Source: Pseudomonadota bacterium
GTDB taxonomy: Bacteria; Pseudomonadota; Alphaproteobacteria; Caulobacterales; Caulobacteraceae
NCBI GenBank assembly: GCA_023390245.1
Contig: JAEWDF010000080.1
Span: forward strand, 7,182-71,181
Direction: 5' to 3'
Length of the DNA stretch: 64,000 nt
Of this stretch, positions 53,789 through 63,517 are shown piece after piece. The notes beneath the pieces were generated by a model, which saw only the letters and a program-made list of their open reading frames with translations, ran no database searches and had not been told where the DNA came from. Position 1 is the stretch's first letter; each line of letters opens with the position of its first letter. A program made the translations under genes and the position numbers.

Positions 53789-55240
53789 ATGAGCGGATCG
53801 AGGCATTTGGCGTTGGCCATGGCGGTTCTGTCCATCGGCTTGGCGTCTTCAGTCCTGGCGCAGGCGCCCTCATCCGGCGACCTGATCCGCATCGCGCGGA
53901 TCGAGCACCACTTGCCGCCCGCCGTCGTGGTCCCGGGAGTGGAGACGCCGGGCCGAACCCTTGCGGCGGCCATGACCGACGCCGGCGTCCCCGGCCTAAG
54001 CATGGCCGTTATCCGCAACGGCCGTATCGCCTGGACCCGGCAATACGGGGTCGCGCGGACGGACGGCGAGCCGGTCGGCCCACATACCCGCTTCCAGGCC
54101 GGATCGATCAGCAAGTCAATCACGGCGCTGGGCGCCATGGCTGCGGTCGGCAGCGGCGACCTGTCGCTGGACGAAGATGTGAACGCCAGGCTGAAAAGCT
54201 GGCGGCTGCCGATCGAGGACGCTGCGGTCGGCGCGCCGGTGACGCTGGCCGCCCTGCTGTCTCACACCGCTGGCGTGACGGTTCACGGATTCCCCGGCTA
54301 TCGCCAGGATGAGACGATCCCCACGCTCCGGCAGGTGCTGGAAGGGACGCCTCCCTCCAATACAGCGGCCGTACGTGCGACCACGAGGCCAGGCGAGGCC
54401 TGGCTTTATTCGGGTGGCGGTTATGAAGTGATCCAACAACTGGTCGAGGACGTCACTGGCGCGGCGTTTGAGGTCTGGATGGCGCGACAGGTGTTCATTC
54501 CTCTGGGAATGACGAACAGCGGTTACGAGCAGCGGGTAAGGCTGGACGATCACGCCATGGCCCACGATGCACGCGGCCATGTGGTCGAGGCCGGCCCCTA
54601 CATCTATCCCGAGCAGGCCGCTGCGGGGCTATGGACGACGCCGGAGGATCTGGCGGTGGCCCTGATTGCGGTGCAGCGCGCCCTATCGGGCGAGAAAGGC
54701 GAGGCGGCGCAGGCGTTGGCGCAGAGGATGCTGGCGGAGGTCAAGCCTGGCCGCGCCCTCGGGTTCGATGTCGGCGGCGAGACAGGTGGGCGATGGTTCA
54801 GCAAGAGCGGCGACACCGAGGGCTTTGGCGCCTTCGCGGTCGCCTTCGAAAGCGGCGACGGGGCTGTGGTGATGGCCAACGGCGCCAATGGTGCGTCCTT
54901 GGCCCAGGACGTGGTGCGCAGCATCGCTTCGGCCTACGGCTGGGACGCCTTCCAGCCGCGCGAGCGCTCTGTCACATCCCTGACCCCCGAACAGGCGGCG
55001 CGACTCGAAGGGCGTTACCGCTACGGTGAATGGGGTGAGTTCAGACTGCAGGTAATGAACGGCCGGTTGATGCTGTCATCGCCGGGCGAGAATCCCGAGC
55101 CGGCCTATGCCGCATCGCCCGACGAGGTGTTTGGATTGAGCCAGGATGCATCTTTCGTCTTCGACCCGGACAGCGCCAGGGCTCAGGGCGGCCATATACA
55201 GTTTGGGGCCAGCCGACTGCCGTTCAGCAGGATCGATTAA
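53789..55240 (+). CDS. Secreted serine hydrolase of the beta-lactamase/PBP4* family
   Basis: There is a signal peptide. The S-x-x-K motif is in FQAGSISKSITALG, and YSGGGY follows. Confidence 0.8.
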   Translation: MSGSRHLALAMAVLSIGLASSVLAQAPSSGDLIRIARIEHHLPPAVVVPGVETPGRTLAAAMTDAGVPGLSMAVIRNGRIAWTRQYGVARTDGEPVGPHTRFQAGSISKSITALGAMAAVGSGDLSLDEDVNARLKSWRLPIEDAAVGAPVTLAALLSHTAGVTVHGFPGYRQDETIPTLRQVLEGTPPSNTAAVRATTRPGEAWLYSGGGYEVIQQLVEDVTGAAFEVWMARQVFIPLGMTNSGYEQRVRLDDHAMAHDARGHVVEAGPYIYPEQAAAGLWTTPEDLAVALIAVQRALSGEKGEAAQALAQRMLAEVKPGRALGFDVGGETGGRWFSKSGDTEGFGAFAVAFESGDGAVVMANGANGASLAQDVVRSIASAYGWDAFQPRERSVTSLTPEQAARLEGRYRYGEWGEFRLQVMNGRLMLSSPGENPEPAYAASPDEVFGLSQDASFVFDPDSARAQGGHIQFGASRLPFSRID

Positions 55241-55286
55241 GGTCGGTCGAGTTGCGAGCGCCCCGTCCTTGGCTTAATCGCCCGCC

Positions 55287-56777
55287 ATGAGCATCGACGG
55301 CCCCATTCGCCCCCTCGCCCGCAATCCGCGCGGTTTCGCCGACAAGCGCGGGCGCGACCTGACCGCAGAGCGGCGGATCGTGCGCCAGGTGTCGGAGGTC
55401 TATGAGCGCTGGGGCTTCGAGCCGCTGGAGACGCCGGCCTTCGAATACGCCGACGCGCTTGGCAAGTTCCTGCCCGACGCCGACCGCCCCAACGAAGGCG
55501 TCTTCGCGCTCCAGGACGACGCCGGGTCGGACGAGCCGGGCGACTGGATGGCGCTGCGCTACGACCACACCGCGCCTCTGGCCCGGTTCGCGGCCCAGAC
55601 ATGGGAGACCCTGCCCAAGCCGTTCCGCCGCTACGCCTACGGCCCGGTGTGGCGGAACGAGAAGCCCGGCCCCGGCCGCTTTCGCGAATTCTGGCAGTGC
55701 GACGCCGACACCGTCGGCTCCGACCGGCCCGAGGCCGACGCCGAGATCATCGCCATGGCCTGCGAAGGCCTCCGCGCCGCGGGGCTGGTGCAGGGCCAGG
55801 CGCAGATCCGCGTGTCGAATCGCAAGCTGTTCGACGGCCTATTCGACGCCGGCGGCGTGACCGAGGCGGGCCAGCGGCTGACGGCTCTGCGCGCCATCGA
55901 CAAGTTCGACCGCCTGGGCTGGGAGGGCGTGCAGGCCCTGCTGGGCGAGGGGCGGCTGGACGAGTCCGGCGACTACACCAAGGGCGCGAACCTGCCCGCC
56001 AGGGTCACGGCCGCCATCGAGGCCTTCCTGGCCTCGGCCAATACGCCCGGCCTTAGCCGCGCCGAGACGCTGCAGGCCGTCGCTCGCTCGGGCGACCTAG
56101 GCGCGGCGGGCGAGGCGGCGCTGACGGAGCTGGCCGCCATCGACCGGGCCCTGAACGCCATGTCGGTGGGCCAGGCGGCCGTGACGTTCGACCCGACCAT
56201 CGTGCGCGGCCTGGAATACTACACCGGCGCGGTGTTCGAGGCCGAGCTGCTGCTGGAGACCGCCGACGACAAGGGCCGCCCGGTCCGCTTCGGCTCGATC
56301 GGCGGCGGCGGCCGTTACGACGACCTGGTCGCCCGGTTCACCGGGGCCAGCACCCCCGCGACCGGCTTCTCCTTCGGCGTGTCGCGCCTGGCCTCGGCCC
56401 TGCGCGCCGCCGGACGCGGGGCCGAGGACGCGGTGCGCGGCCCGGTCGTGGTCATCGTCTTCTCCGAGGACGACATGGCGCACTATCTGTCGGCCGTCGC
56501 CGAGCTGCGCGCCGCCGGGATCGCCGCCGAGCTCTACCTGGGCCGCGCGGGCATGAAGGCCCAGATGAAATACGCCGACCGGCGCGGCGCCCCCGCCGCC
56601 GTCATCCTGGGCGGGGACGAGATCGCCGCCGGCGAGGTCACCATCAAGGATCTGGACGCCGGCCGCGCCGCCGCCGCTGGCATCGCCGATAACGAAGCGT
56701 GGAAGGCGGAGCGCCCGGGCCAGGTCAAGCTGCCCCGCGACCAGCTGGTTTCCGCCATACGCCGCATTATCGAATAA
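55287..56777 (+). CDS. hisS: Histidine--tRNA ligase (long alphaproteobacterial type)
   Basis: Class II motifs are present: ALRYDHTAPLARF, FRRYAYGPVWRNEKPGPGRFREFWQCDAD and GGGGRYDDL. The C-terminal anticodon-binding domain has VVVIVF...AELY. Confidence 0.9.
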   Translation: MSIDGPIRPLARNPRGFADKRGRDLTAERRIVRQVSEVYERWGFEPLETPAFEYADALGKFLPDADRPNEGVFALQDDAGSDEPGDWMALRYDHTAPLARFAAQTWETLPKPFRRYAYGPVWRNEKPGPGRFREFWQCDADTVGSDRPEADAEIIAMACEGLRAAGLVQGQAQIRVSNRKLFDGLFDAGGVTEAGQRLTALRAIDKFDRLGWEGVQALLGEGRLDESGDYTKGANLPARVTAAIEAFLASANTPGLSRAETLQAVARSGDLGAAGEAALTELAAIDRALNAMSVGQAAVTFDPTIVRGLEYYTGAVFEAELLLETADDKGRPVRFGSIGGGGRYDDLVARFTGASTPATGFSFGVSRLASALRAAGRGAEDAVRGPVVVIVFSEDDMAHYLSAVAELRAAGIAAELYLGRAGMKAQMKYADRRGAPAAVILGGDEIAAGEVTIKDLDAGRAAAAGIADNEAWKAERPGQVKLPRDQLVSAIRRIIE

Positions 56778-56970
56778 CCTTCGATAAAATCAGGGGCCCA
56801 GGATCGGTTATCAGCGATAAGTCGAAGAAAGTTCGATTCACGCCGAAATGCGCGTTGACGGCGGCGGCCTTATGGCGTCATTTGGTCTCACTCGAGAGCG
56901 AGCGCTGCGAAGCGCACAGTTCTTGAAGGCGTTTCGGGGAGGAAACGTCGGCTCGAAAAGAGCCCGAAGA

Positions 56971-57007
56971 AGCCCGCTGCGATGTATCCCCCGCAGCGGG
57001 CTTTTTC
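56971..57007 (+). terminator. Intrinsic terminator: an 11-bp stem followed by a T-run
   Basis: AGCCCGCTGCG-(10 nt)-CGCAGCGGGCT followed by TTTTC. Confidence 0.7.
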
Positions 57008-57086
57008 ATGCCTGAAGTCCGAAAATACTGAAGTGATTGGGGGGCTTCGCCGGTGTCGAGCGCCTATCCGCGCCGCGCCGCGCCCA

Positions 57087-57117
57087 CGAAAAAGGCCGGG
57101 GCGAACCCCAGCCTTTT
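57087..57117. terminator. Bidirectional intrinsic terminator just downstream of the M13 peptidase gene
   Basis: GAAAAA-GGCCGGGG-CGAA-CCCCAGCC-TTTT. On the minus strand the stem has one G:U pair and is followed by TTTTT. It lies 24 nt from the peptidase stop. Confidence 0.65.
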
Positions 57118-57140
57118 CCGATTCTCGAAGAAGTTTCGCC

Positions 57141-59261
57141 TTACCAGATGCGAACCCGCTCCTCCGGCGCGACATAGTATTTGTCCCCCGGCTGGACGCC
57201 GAACGCCTCGTACCAGGCGTCGACATTGCGCAGCGGGCCGATGACGCGGAACTGCGCCGGCGAGTGCGGGTCCGTCGCCACCTGCTGCTTCAGCGCCTCG
57301 TCGCGATACTTCGACGCCCAGACCTGGGCCCAGCCGTAGAAGAAGCGCTGGTCGCCGGTCGTGCCGTCCAGCTCCGGCGCCGCCTGGCCGTTCAGCGACA
57401 GGTGATAGGCCTCCAGGCCCACGGCCACGCCCGAGGCGTCGCCGATGTTCTCGCCCATCGTCAGGCCGCCCTGCACGTGATAGCCGGGCAGGACCTCGTA
57501 CTGGTCGTACTGGGCGCCCAGCCGCGTGGTCAGGGCCTCAAAATTGGCCTTGTCCTCGGCCGTCCACCAGTTGCGCAGCACGCCGTCGCCGTCGGACTTG
57601 GAGCCCTGGTCGTCGAAGCCGTGGCCGATCTCGTGGCCGATCACGCCGCCGATGCCGCCATAGTTGACCGCCGGGTCCGCGTCCGGGTCGAAGAAGGGCG
57701 CCTGCAGGATGGCGGCCGGGAAGACGATCTCGTTGTTGGCGGAGTTGTAGTAGGCGTTGACCGTCTGTGGGGTCATACCCCACTCGGTCTTGTCGACCGG
57801 GTCGTTCAGGCGCGACAAGTCGTACTCCCATTCGAACACGCCCTTGCGCGACGCGTTGCCGACCAGGTCGTCGGCGCGGACCTCCAGGCCCGAATAATCG
57901 CGCCACTTGTCGGGATAGCCGATCTTGACGGTGAATTTGCGCAGCTTCTCCTGCGCCGCCGCCTTGGTCTCGTCGCCCATCCAGCTCAGGCCGTCGATGC
58001 GATGCGACAGGGCCGTGCGCAGGTTGGCGACCAGCTGCTCCATCTTGGCCTTGGACTCGGCCGGGAAGTATTCGGCGACGTAGAGTCGGCCCGTCGCCTC
58101 GCCCAGCAGGTTCTCGGCGAAGGAGATGGCGCGCTTCTCGCGCGTGCGCTGCTCCGGCTGGCCCGACAGGTCGCGCGACCGGAACTCCCACTGGGCGTCC
58201 GAGAAGCGCTTGGACAGATAGGGCGCCATGTCGTCGGCGGTGTGGAAGGCCTCCCACGCCTGCAGCAGCTGAACCGGCGTCTCCGCATAGATGGCGGCGA
58301 TCTTCGGCATGGCCGTGTCCTGGCGCACGATCAGGCGCGGCACGCCGCCCAGTTCGGCCGCGTCGTAATAGGCCTGCCAGGCGAAGCCCGGCGCCTCGGA
58401 CGCCAGCTGGGCGACGGTGTATTCGTTGTAGGTCTCGTCGCGGTTGCGGTTCTGGATCGGGGTCCAGTGCGCCTCGGCGATCCGGGTCTCCATGGCCACG
58501 ATGGCGGCGGCGGTGTCGGCGGGGTTCTCCCAGCCGATCATCTCCAGCATCCGGGCGACATAGGCCTGGTACTTCTCTTTCTTGTCGGCGTAGCGCGCGT
58601 CCAGATAATAGTCGCGGTTCGGCAGGCCGATGCCCGACTGGCCGGTCGAGACGACGTAGCGGGTCGGCTGCTTGGCGTCGATGGTGATGCCGGTGCCGAA
58701 GAAGGAGCCGCCGAAGCGGCCGATGGTCCCGCCCATGTAGGCGGCCAGCTTGTCATGGCTGTCGGCCGCGCGGATGGCCGTCAGATAGGGCTGGAGCGGC
58801 TGGGCGTCCAGCTGCTCGATGCGCGCCTCGTCCATATAGGCGCGGTAGGCGTCGGCGATCTTGGCCTCGTCCGAACCCGGCGCCAGGTCGCTGCGCCCCG
58901 CCAGACCCGTGACCAGCTCCTTCATGCGGTTGTCCGACAGTTCGCGCAGCAGGGCGAATGAGCCGTAGCTGGTGCGGTCGGACGGAATCTCGATCCGGTC
59001 CACCGCCGCGCCGTTGGCGTAGCGGAAGAAGTCGTCGCCCGGCTTGATGGCGGCGTCGCGCCCGGCCAGGTCGAAGCCCCAGGTCCCGTACTTCGGCGCC
59101 TCGACGCCCTGCCAGCCGGCGGCGCTTTCCTGGCCCGAGAACAGCGACACGACGGTGCAGCCTTCGTCCAGGCAGGCGTGGTCGTGGCCGACATCCTGCG
59201 CCATGGCCGCGGCCGGCAGCAGCAGGGCGCCGACGGCGGCGCCGATAAGCAGACGTTTCAT
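57141..59261 (-). CDS. M13-family zinc metallopeptidase (PepO/endothelin-converting enzyme-like), secreted
   Basis: The signal peptide is MKRLLIGAAVGALLLPAAAMA. The zinc motif is GGVIGHEIGHGFDDQG (HExxH). ENIGDASG, NAYY and the C-terminal VRIW are also present. Confidence 0.92.
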   Translation of the reverse strand: MKRLLIGAAVGALLLPAAAMAQDVGHDHACLDEGCTVVSLFSGQESAAGWQGVEAPKYGTWGFDLAGRDAAIKPGDDFFRYANGAAVDRIEIPSDRTSYGSFALLRELSDNRMKELVTGLAGRSDLAPGSDEAKIADAYRAYMDEARIEQLDAQPLQPYLTAIRAADSHDKLAAYMGGTIGRFGGSFFGTGITIDAKQPTRYVVSTGQSGIGLPNRDYYLDARYADKKEKYQAYVARMLEMIGWENPADTAAAIVAMETRIAEAHWTPIQNRNRDETYNEYTVAQLASEAPGFAWQAYYDAAELGGVPRLIVRQDTAMPKIAAIYAETPVQLLQAWEAFHTADDMAPYLSKRFSDAQWEFRSRDLSGQPEQRTREKRAISFAENLLGEATGRLYVAEYFPAESKAKMEQLVANLRTALSHRIDGLSWMGDETKAAAQEKLRKFTVKIGYPDKWRDYSGLEVRADDLVGNASRKGVFEWEYDLSRLNDPVDKTEWGMTPQTVNAYYNSANNEIVFPAAILQAPFFDPDADPAVNYGGIGGVIGHEIGHGFDDQGSKSDGDGVLRNWWTAEDKANFEALTTRLGAQYDQYEVLPGYHVQGGLTMGENIGDASGVAVGLEAYHLSLNGQAAPELDGTTGDQRFFYGWAQVWASKYRDEALKQQVATDPHSPAQFRVIGPLRNVDAWYEAFGVQPGDKYYVAPEERVRIW

Positions 59262-59414
59262 TCACTCACTCCTGAGGCCGCCCCCACGGCGGTTTCGGCG
59301 CGACCCTAGTCGGGGTCGGGGGGGTGTCGCCTTAAAAAAAATTCATGAAACGGCCGCGACATCTCGCCACGCGCGACGATCCGCGCTCTGTTACGGTCTT
59401 CGGACGGAGGACGA

Positions 59415-61253
59415 ATGGACGGCGGACACGGCGCGGAATTCAAGGATCTGGTGGTCTTCCTGGCCGCGGCGGGGGTCATCGTGCCCCTGGTCAACCGGTT
59501 CAAGGTCAGCCCCGTCCTGGGTTTCCTGGCCGCCGGCGTGCTGCTGGGCCCCGACGGCCTGGCCCGGTTTCGCGACCAGGCTCCGTGGCTGTCCTGGCTG
59601 ACCATCGGCGATCCGGCCCAGCTGGCCCAGCTGTCGGAGCTGGGGGTCGCCTTCCTCTTGTTCATGATCGGGCTGGAGCTGTCGTGGGAGCGGCTGCGGG
59701 CCATGCGCCGGCTGGTTTTCGGCCTGGGCATCATGCAGGTCGCCGGCTGCACCCTGGCGCTGGCGGCCGTCTTCCTACTGATGGGCCAGACCCTGGTCAG
59801 CGCCGCCGTGCTGGGCATGGGGCTGGCCCTGTCCTCGACCGCCGTGGTCATGCCGGTGCTGGCCGAGCGGGGCCGGCTGCGCGGCGTGGTCGGTCGCTCG
59901 ACCTTCGCCGTCCTCCTGGCGCAGGACCTGTCCGTCGCCCCGATCCTGATCACCGTCTCGGTTCTGGCGGCCGTGGCCCAGGGCGGCGCGGCGCTGGACG
60001 CGGCGACCTTCGGCCGCGTGCTGCTGACCTTGGCGCCGGCCGCCATCGGCCTGGCCCTTCTGATCCTGCTGGGGCGCGTCGTGCTGCGCCCGATGTTCCG
60101 CTCGGTGGCCAAGGCGCGCCACGCCGACCAGGGCGGAGAGCTGTTCGTCGCCGCCAGCCTGCTGGTGGTCGTGGTCGCGGGCCTGGCGGCCCAGGCCAGC
60201 GGCCTGTCGATGAGCATCGGCGCCCTGGTCGCCGGGGTGCTGCTGGCCGAGACCGAGTTCCGCCGCGCGGTGGAGGTGTCGATCGAACCCTTCAAGGGCC
60301 TGCTGCTGGGGGTCTTCTTCGTCGGCGTCGGCCTGGGGCTGGACCTGGACGCGGTCGCCGCGCACCCGGTCCAGGTGTTCGGCCTGGCCCTGGCGCTGAC
60401 GGCGGTGAAGGCCGGCGTCGTGTTCGGACTCGCCCGCTTCTGGGGCCTGAGCTGGCGCGCGGCGATCGAGACGGCCCTGGTCCTGGCCCCGGCTGGAGAG
60501 TTCGCCTTCGTCGTCTTCGCCACCGGCCTGGTGGAGGGCATCGCCCCGCCCGGCCTGACCGAGACGGTCGCCCTGTCGGCGACGATCAGCATCTTCTCGG
60601 TGCCGCTGATGGCCTTCCTGGGCCAGAAGCTGGCCGGCCGCGCGCCTCAGGCCGTTCCCTCCGGCGCCGAGGTCGAGGCTCTGCCGGAGCCGGCGGCGGA
60701 AGGCGTCATCATCGTCGGCTTCGGCCGCGTCGGCCGCCTGGTCGGGGAGATGCTGCGCGAGCATGACAAGCCCTTCATCGCCCTGGACGCCGACCCGGCC
60801 ATCGTCGCGGCCGGCCGCAAGGACGGGTTCGAGGTCTTCTACGGCGACGCCGGCCGGGCCGAGATGCTGTCCCGCTGCGGAGTCATGGACTGCCGCGCCC
60901 TGGTCGTGACCATGGATTCGCCCGGCAAGGTGGACGAGGTGGTGCGCGCCGCCCGCGCGCTGCGCTCCGACCTGATCCTGATCGCCCGCGCCCGCGACGA
61001 CCAGCATGCAATGCGGCTGTACAAGCTGGGCGTCACCGACGCCGTGCCCGAAACCACCGAGGCCAGCCTGCAGCTGGCCGAGAACACCCTGGTCGACCTG
61101 GGCGTGCCGATGGGCCTGGTCCTGGCCTCGATCCACGAGCGGCGCGACCGGTTCCGCCAGGCCTTCCTGGCCGCTGCCCCCGCGGCCCGCCGCCATCGCC
61201 CCACGCGGGCGTTAAGGATGTCCCGGCCCGCGTCCGGGGATACGCGCGGCTGA
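59415..61253 (+). CDS. CPA2-family K+/H+ antiporter (Kef-type K+ efflux) with a C-terminal TrkA-N/RCK domain
   Basis: There are about 12 hydrophobic segments, LGVAFLLFMIGLELS, and the RCK Rossmann motif VIIVGFGRVGRLVGEML. Confidence 0.88.
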   Translation: MDGGHGAEFKDLVVFLAAAGVIVPLVNRFKVSPVLGFLAAGVLLGPDGLARFRDQAPWLSWLTIGDPAQLAQLSELGVAFLLFMIGLELSWERLRAMRRLVFGLGIMQVAGCTLALAAVFLLMGQTLVSAAVLGMGLALSSTAVVMPVLAERGRLRGVVGRSTFAVLLAQDLSVAPILITVSVLAAVAQGGAALDAATFGRVLLTLAPAAIGLALLILLGRVVLRPMFRSVAKARHADQGGELFVAASLLVVVVAGLAAQASGLSMSIGALVAGVLLAETEFRRAVEVSIEPFKGLLLGVFFVGVGLGLDLDAVAAHPVQVFGLALALTAVKAGVVFGLARFWGLSWRAAIETALVLAPAGEFAFVVFATGLVEGIAPPGLTETVALSATISIFSVPLMAFLGQKLAGRAPQAVPSGAEVEALPEPAAEGVIIVGFGRVGRLVGEMLREHDKPFIALDADPAIVAAGRKDGFEVFYGDAGRAEMLSRCGVMDCRALVVTMDSPGKVDEVVRAARALRSDLILIARARDDQHAMRLYKLGVTDAVPETTEASLQLAENTLVDLGVPMGLVLASIHERRDRFRQAFLAAAPAARRHRPTRALRMSRPASGDTRG

Positions 61254-61286
61254 GGGCAGATCAGGAGTTATCCACGACCCGGTTTT

Positions 61287-61308
61287 CCATGACCCAATTT
61301 CGTCATGG
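61287..61308. repeat. Inverted repeat CCATGAC-N8-GTCATGG in the kef/tetR intergenic region
   Basis: The arms are perfect 7-bp repeats. It lies about 150 nt upstream of the TetR start. Its function is unknown; it could be an operator. Confidence 0.3.
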
Positions 61309-61455
61309 TTCCATGGTCGAAGCGCTGCCTGTGTATTCGTCGCCAGGTGATGCAGCAGCGTCGGCAGGTCGCGTTCCTCCGACGTTCCGCGCTCACCTCT
61401 AGTGAACTTCGGAGCTCCCTCCCCGGGACCTAGCGTAAAGTAAAAGCCAGATTTC

Positions 61456-62100
61456 ATGACCGACACGACTGTCACGGCCTCCGAGACTGAAGCGCCTCGC
61501 CTGAACCGCCGCCAGGCCGCCAAGATCCGGACCCGTCAGAAAGTCCTCGAGGCTGCCCGCTCGCTCTTCGCCGAGCGCGGCTACGAGCCGGCCACCATCC
61601 GTGACATCGCCAAGGGCGCCGGCATGTCGACCGGCGCGGTCTTCGCCAACTTCCAGGACAAGGCCGAGCTGTTCGAGGCCGTGCTGACCGAGGACATGAC
61701 CCGCCTCGCCGAGGTGGTCGAGGCCGGCGCGCCGCAGGGCGAGCCCGTCCGCCAGCGCCTCGTCGGCGCGCTCAGCGCCGGCTATAATTCGTCGCTGGAC
61801 CAGCTGCCGCTGTTCCAGGCCATCGTTGCCCGCTCCTGGTTCCAGCCCCTGTCGGCCGAGATGCGCGCCCGCGCCGCGACCAAGAAGCTGCAACTCGCCA
61901 TCGGCGGCATCGTCCAGGACGCCGTCGCCAGGGGCGAACTGACCCAGGACGCCGACGTCCGCCTGCTGGTCGAGCTGATCTGGGACGCCTATCTGTCGAA
62001 CTACCGCCGCGCGGCTTATGACGAATGGGATGCTAAGGCCCTGTCGGACCACCTGGCCAGGCAGATCGACGTCATCCTGGCCGGCGCCCTGGCGAAGTAA
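61456..62100 (+). CDS. TetR/AcrR-family transcriptional regulator
   Basis: The N-terminal HTH is KVLEAARSLFAERGYEPATIRDIAKGAGMSTGAVFANFQDKAELF. Confidence 0.9.
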   Translation: MTDTTVTASETEAPRLNRRQAAKIRTRQKVLEAARSLFAERGYEPATIRDIAKGAGMSTGAVFANFQDKAELFEAVLTEDMTRLAEVVEAGAPQGEPVRQRLVGALSAGYNSSLDQLPLFQAIVARSWFQPLSAEMRARAATKKLQLAIGGIVQDAVARGELTQDADVRLLVELIWDAYLSNYRRAAYDEWDAKALSDHLARQIDVILAGALAK

Positions 62101-62114
62101 GCGCTGGCCTGCCT

Positions 62115-62135
62115 CCTCCCCACGCAGTGGGGAGG
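62115..62135. repeat. REP-like GC hairpin CCTCCCCAC-GCA-GTGGGGAGG
   Basis: The stem is a perfect 9 bp. It is the first of two near-identical hairpins between the convergent tetR and Rieske genes. Confidence 0.75.
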
Positions 62136-62226
62136 TGGCTCGTAGCGAAGCGAAGAGACGGAGGGGTTCTTCACCCCACCCAAGCGGCTGTGGGGTTCAA
62201 GAGCCCCTCCACCGCTTCGCGGTCCC

Positions 62227-62247
62227 CCTCCCCGCGAAGCGGGGAGG
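62227..62247. repeat. REP-like GC hairpin CCTCCCCGC-GAA-GCGGGGAGG
   Basis: The stem is a perfect 9 bp. It has the same core as 62115-62135 and resembles 47738-47760. Confidence 0.75.
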
Positions 62248-62259
62248 AGACATCGATGT

Positions 62260-63408
62260 CTAGCTCTTCCACCTCAGCGTGGTCGGCTGGATCGGATTGA
62301 CGAAGGCCCGGTCCTCGGCGCGGCTCTTCAGCCACTCCCGCTTCAACTGCTGATACCACTTCGCCTGCCTGTCGGCGTCGTCGATCCAGATCAGCGCCGG
62401 GTCGTAGCGCAGGCCCTCGTTCTGCAGGTTCACCATGCCGCCGTCCTGCTTCAGGAAGGCGACCACCCCCATGCGCAGGAAGGGCTTGGCCAGGCCGAAC
62501 ACCCAGTGGTCGGACCAGAAGATCTGGGTGATCCGCGTCCTGGTCTCGGTGATCGGCGTCAGGCAGGTCAGGGCTAGCACCTGTTTCTCGCCCACCTGGA
62601 TATGCTCCCAGCGATAGCCCGGCAGACGGAAGGTGATCTCGGTCGCCGGCGCGCCGCCCAGGATCTTGTAGAGGCGGCTGTTCGAGGACGGGGCGTGACG
62701 CACCATGGCCCAGCCGTGCTCGACGGGGGCGAAGGCCTTGGCCTTCTCGTGCATCGAATGCTCGGACCGCCACCACCATTGCTGGTGGACATAGGGGCCG
62801 TGGGCCGGATCCATCAGGCCGACGACGGCGTGGTCGATATGGCTGTCGAAATCCATCCACTCCACCAGGCGCGGCCCGCCTCCGACCACGCCGGGAAAGT
62901 GCGGCGGCTCGTGGTCCGGGGCCATCGGGTTGCGCGCGTCGGACGCCATCCAGACGAACACCATCCCCTGGCTCTCCCGCACCGGATAGGACCGCACGCG
63001 GATGCGGTCCGCCTCGAACGCCTGGTCCTCGACCAGCGACGGGATCGCCGCACAGACGCCGTCGGGACGAAAGCGCCAGCCGTGATAGGGGCATTCCACC
63101 GTCTCGCCCTCGCCCGACTTCTCGACCAGGCGGCCGGCCGACAGCGGCGCGGCGCGATGGGGACAGATGTCGCGCATCGCATAGACCTGGCCGGCCTCCG
63201 TCCCTGAGCCTCGCGTCCGGCCGACCAGCACCGGCTCGCCCATGATCTCGTACCGCTTCAGGCTGGCCGGCGCGACATCGCGGGCCAGGGCGACGAAGTA
63301 CCAGGCGTCGGTCACAAACCCCCTGCCGAAGGCGGTCGGCGGGGCCTTCGCCCGATCAGGGGCCTGGGGGCGGTCGGTGGAAACGGCGGCGGCGTCGGAC
63401 GGCGTCAT
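62260..63408 (-). CDS. Rieske [2Fe-2S] domain oxygenase (PaO/aromatic-ring-hydroxylating-like)
   Basis: The Rieske motif is CPHRAAPLSAGR...CPYHGWRF. Confidence 0.88.
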   Translation of the reverse strand: MTPSDAAAVSTDRPQAPDRAKAPPTAFGRGFVTDAWYFVALARDVAPASLKRYEIMGEPVLVGRTRGSGTEAGQVYAMRDICPHRAAPLSAGRLVEKSGEGETVECPYHGWRFRPDGVCAAIPSLVEDQAFEADRIRVRSYPVRESQGMVFVWMASDARNPMAPDHEPPHFPGVVGGGPRLVEWMDFDSHIDHAVVGLMDPAHGPYVHQQWWWRSEHSMHEKAKAFAPVEHGWAMVRHAPSSNSRLYKILGGAPATEITFRLPGYRWEHIQVGEKQVLALTCLTPITETRTRITQIFWSDHWVFGLAKPFLRMGVVAFLKQDGGMVNLQNEGLRYDPALIWIDDADRQAKWYQQLKREWLKSRAEDRAFVNPIQPTTLRWKS

Positions 63409-63517
63409 GGCCTCAGTCTAGCCAAGCCCTCGCGCGAAGTCTTGGCCCGCGGCGCCCGCCGCGCTACCGGTTGGTCAAAAGGGACGGCGAAGCTGTCCCG
63501 CACAGGATGGAACGCCG

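Noticed and set aside
56982-58961. A 659-aa plus-strand ORF
   Set aside because: It is antisense to the M13 metallopeptidase (HEIGH, signal peptide). Its translation is repetitive and rich in R, A, G, V and L.
59306-61196. Two long minus-strand ORFs (59306-60592 and 59775-61196) and a 473-aa plus-strand alternative frame (59345-60766)
   Set aside because: All of them overlap the CPA2 K+ antiporter frame, which alone shows transmembrane periodicity and an RCK Rossmann motif.
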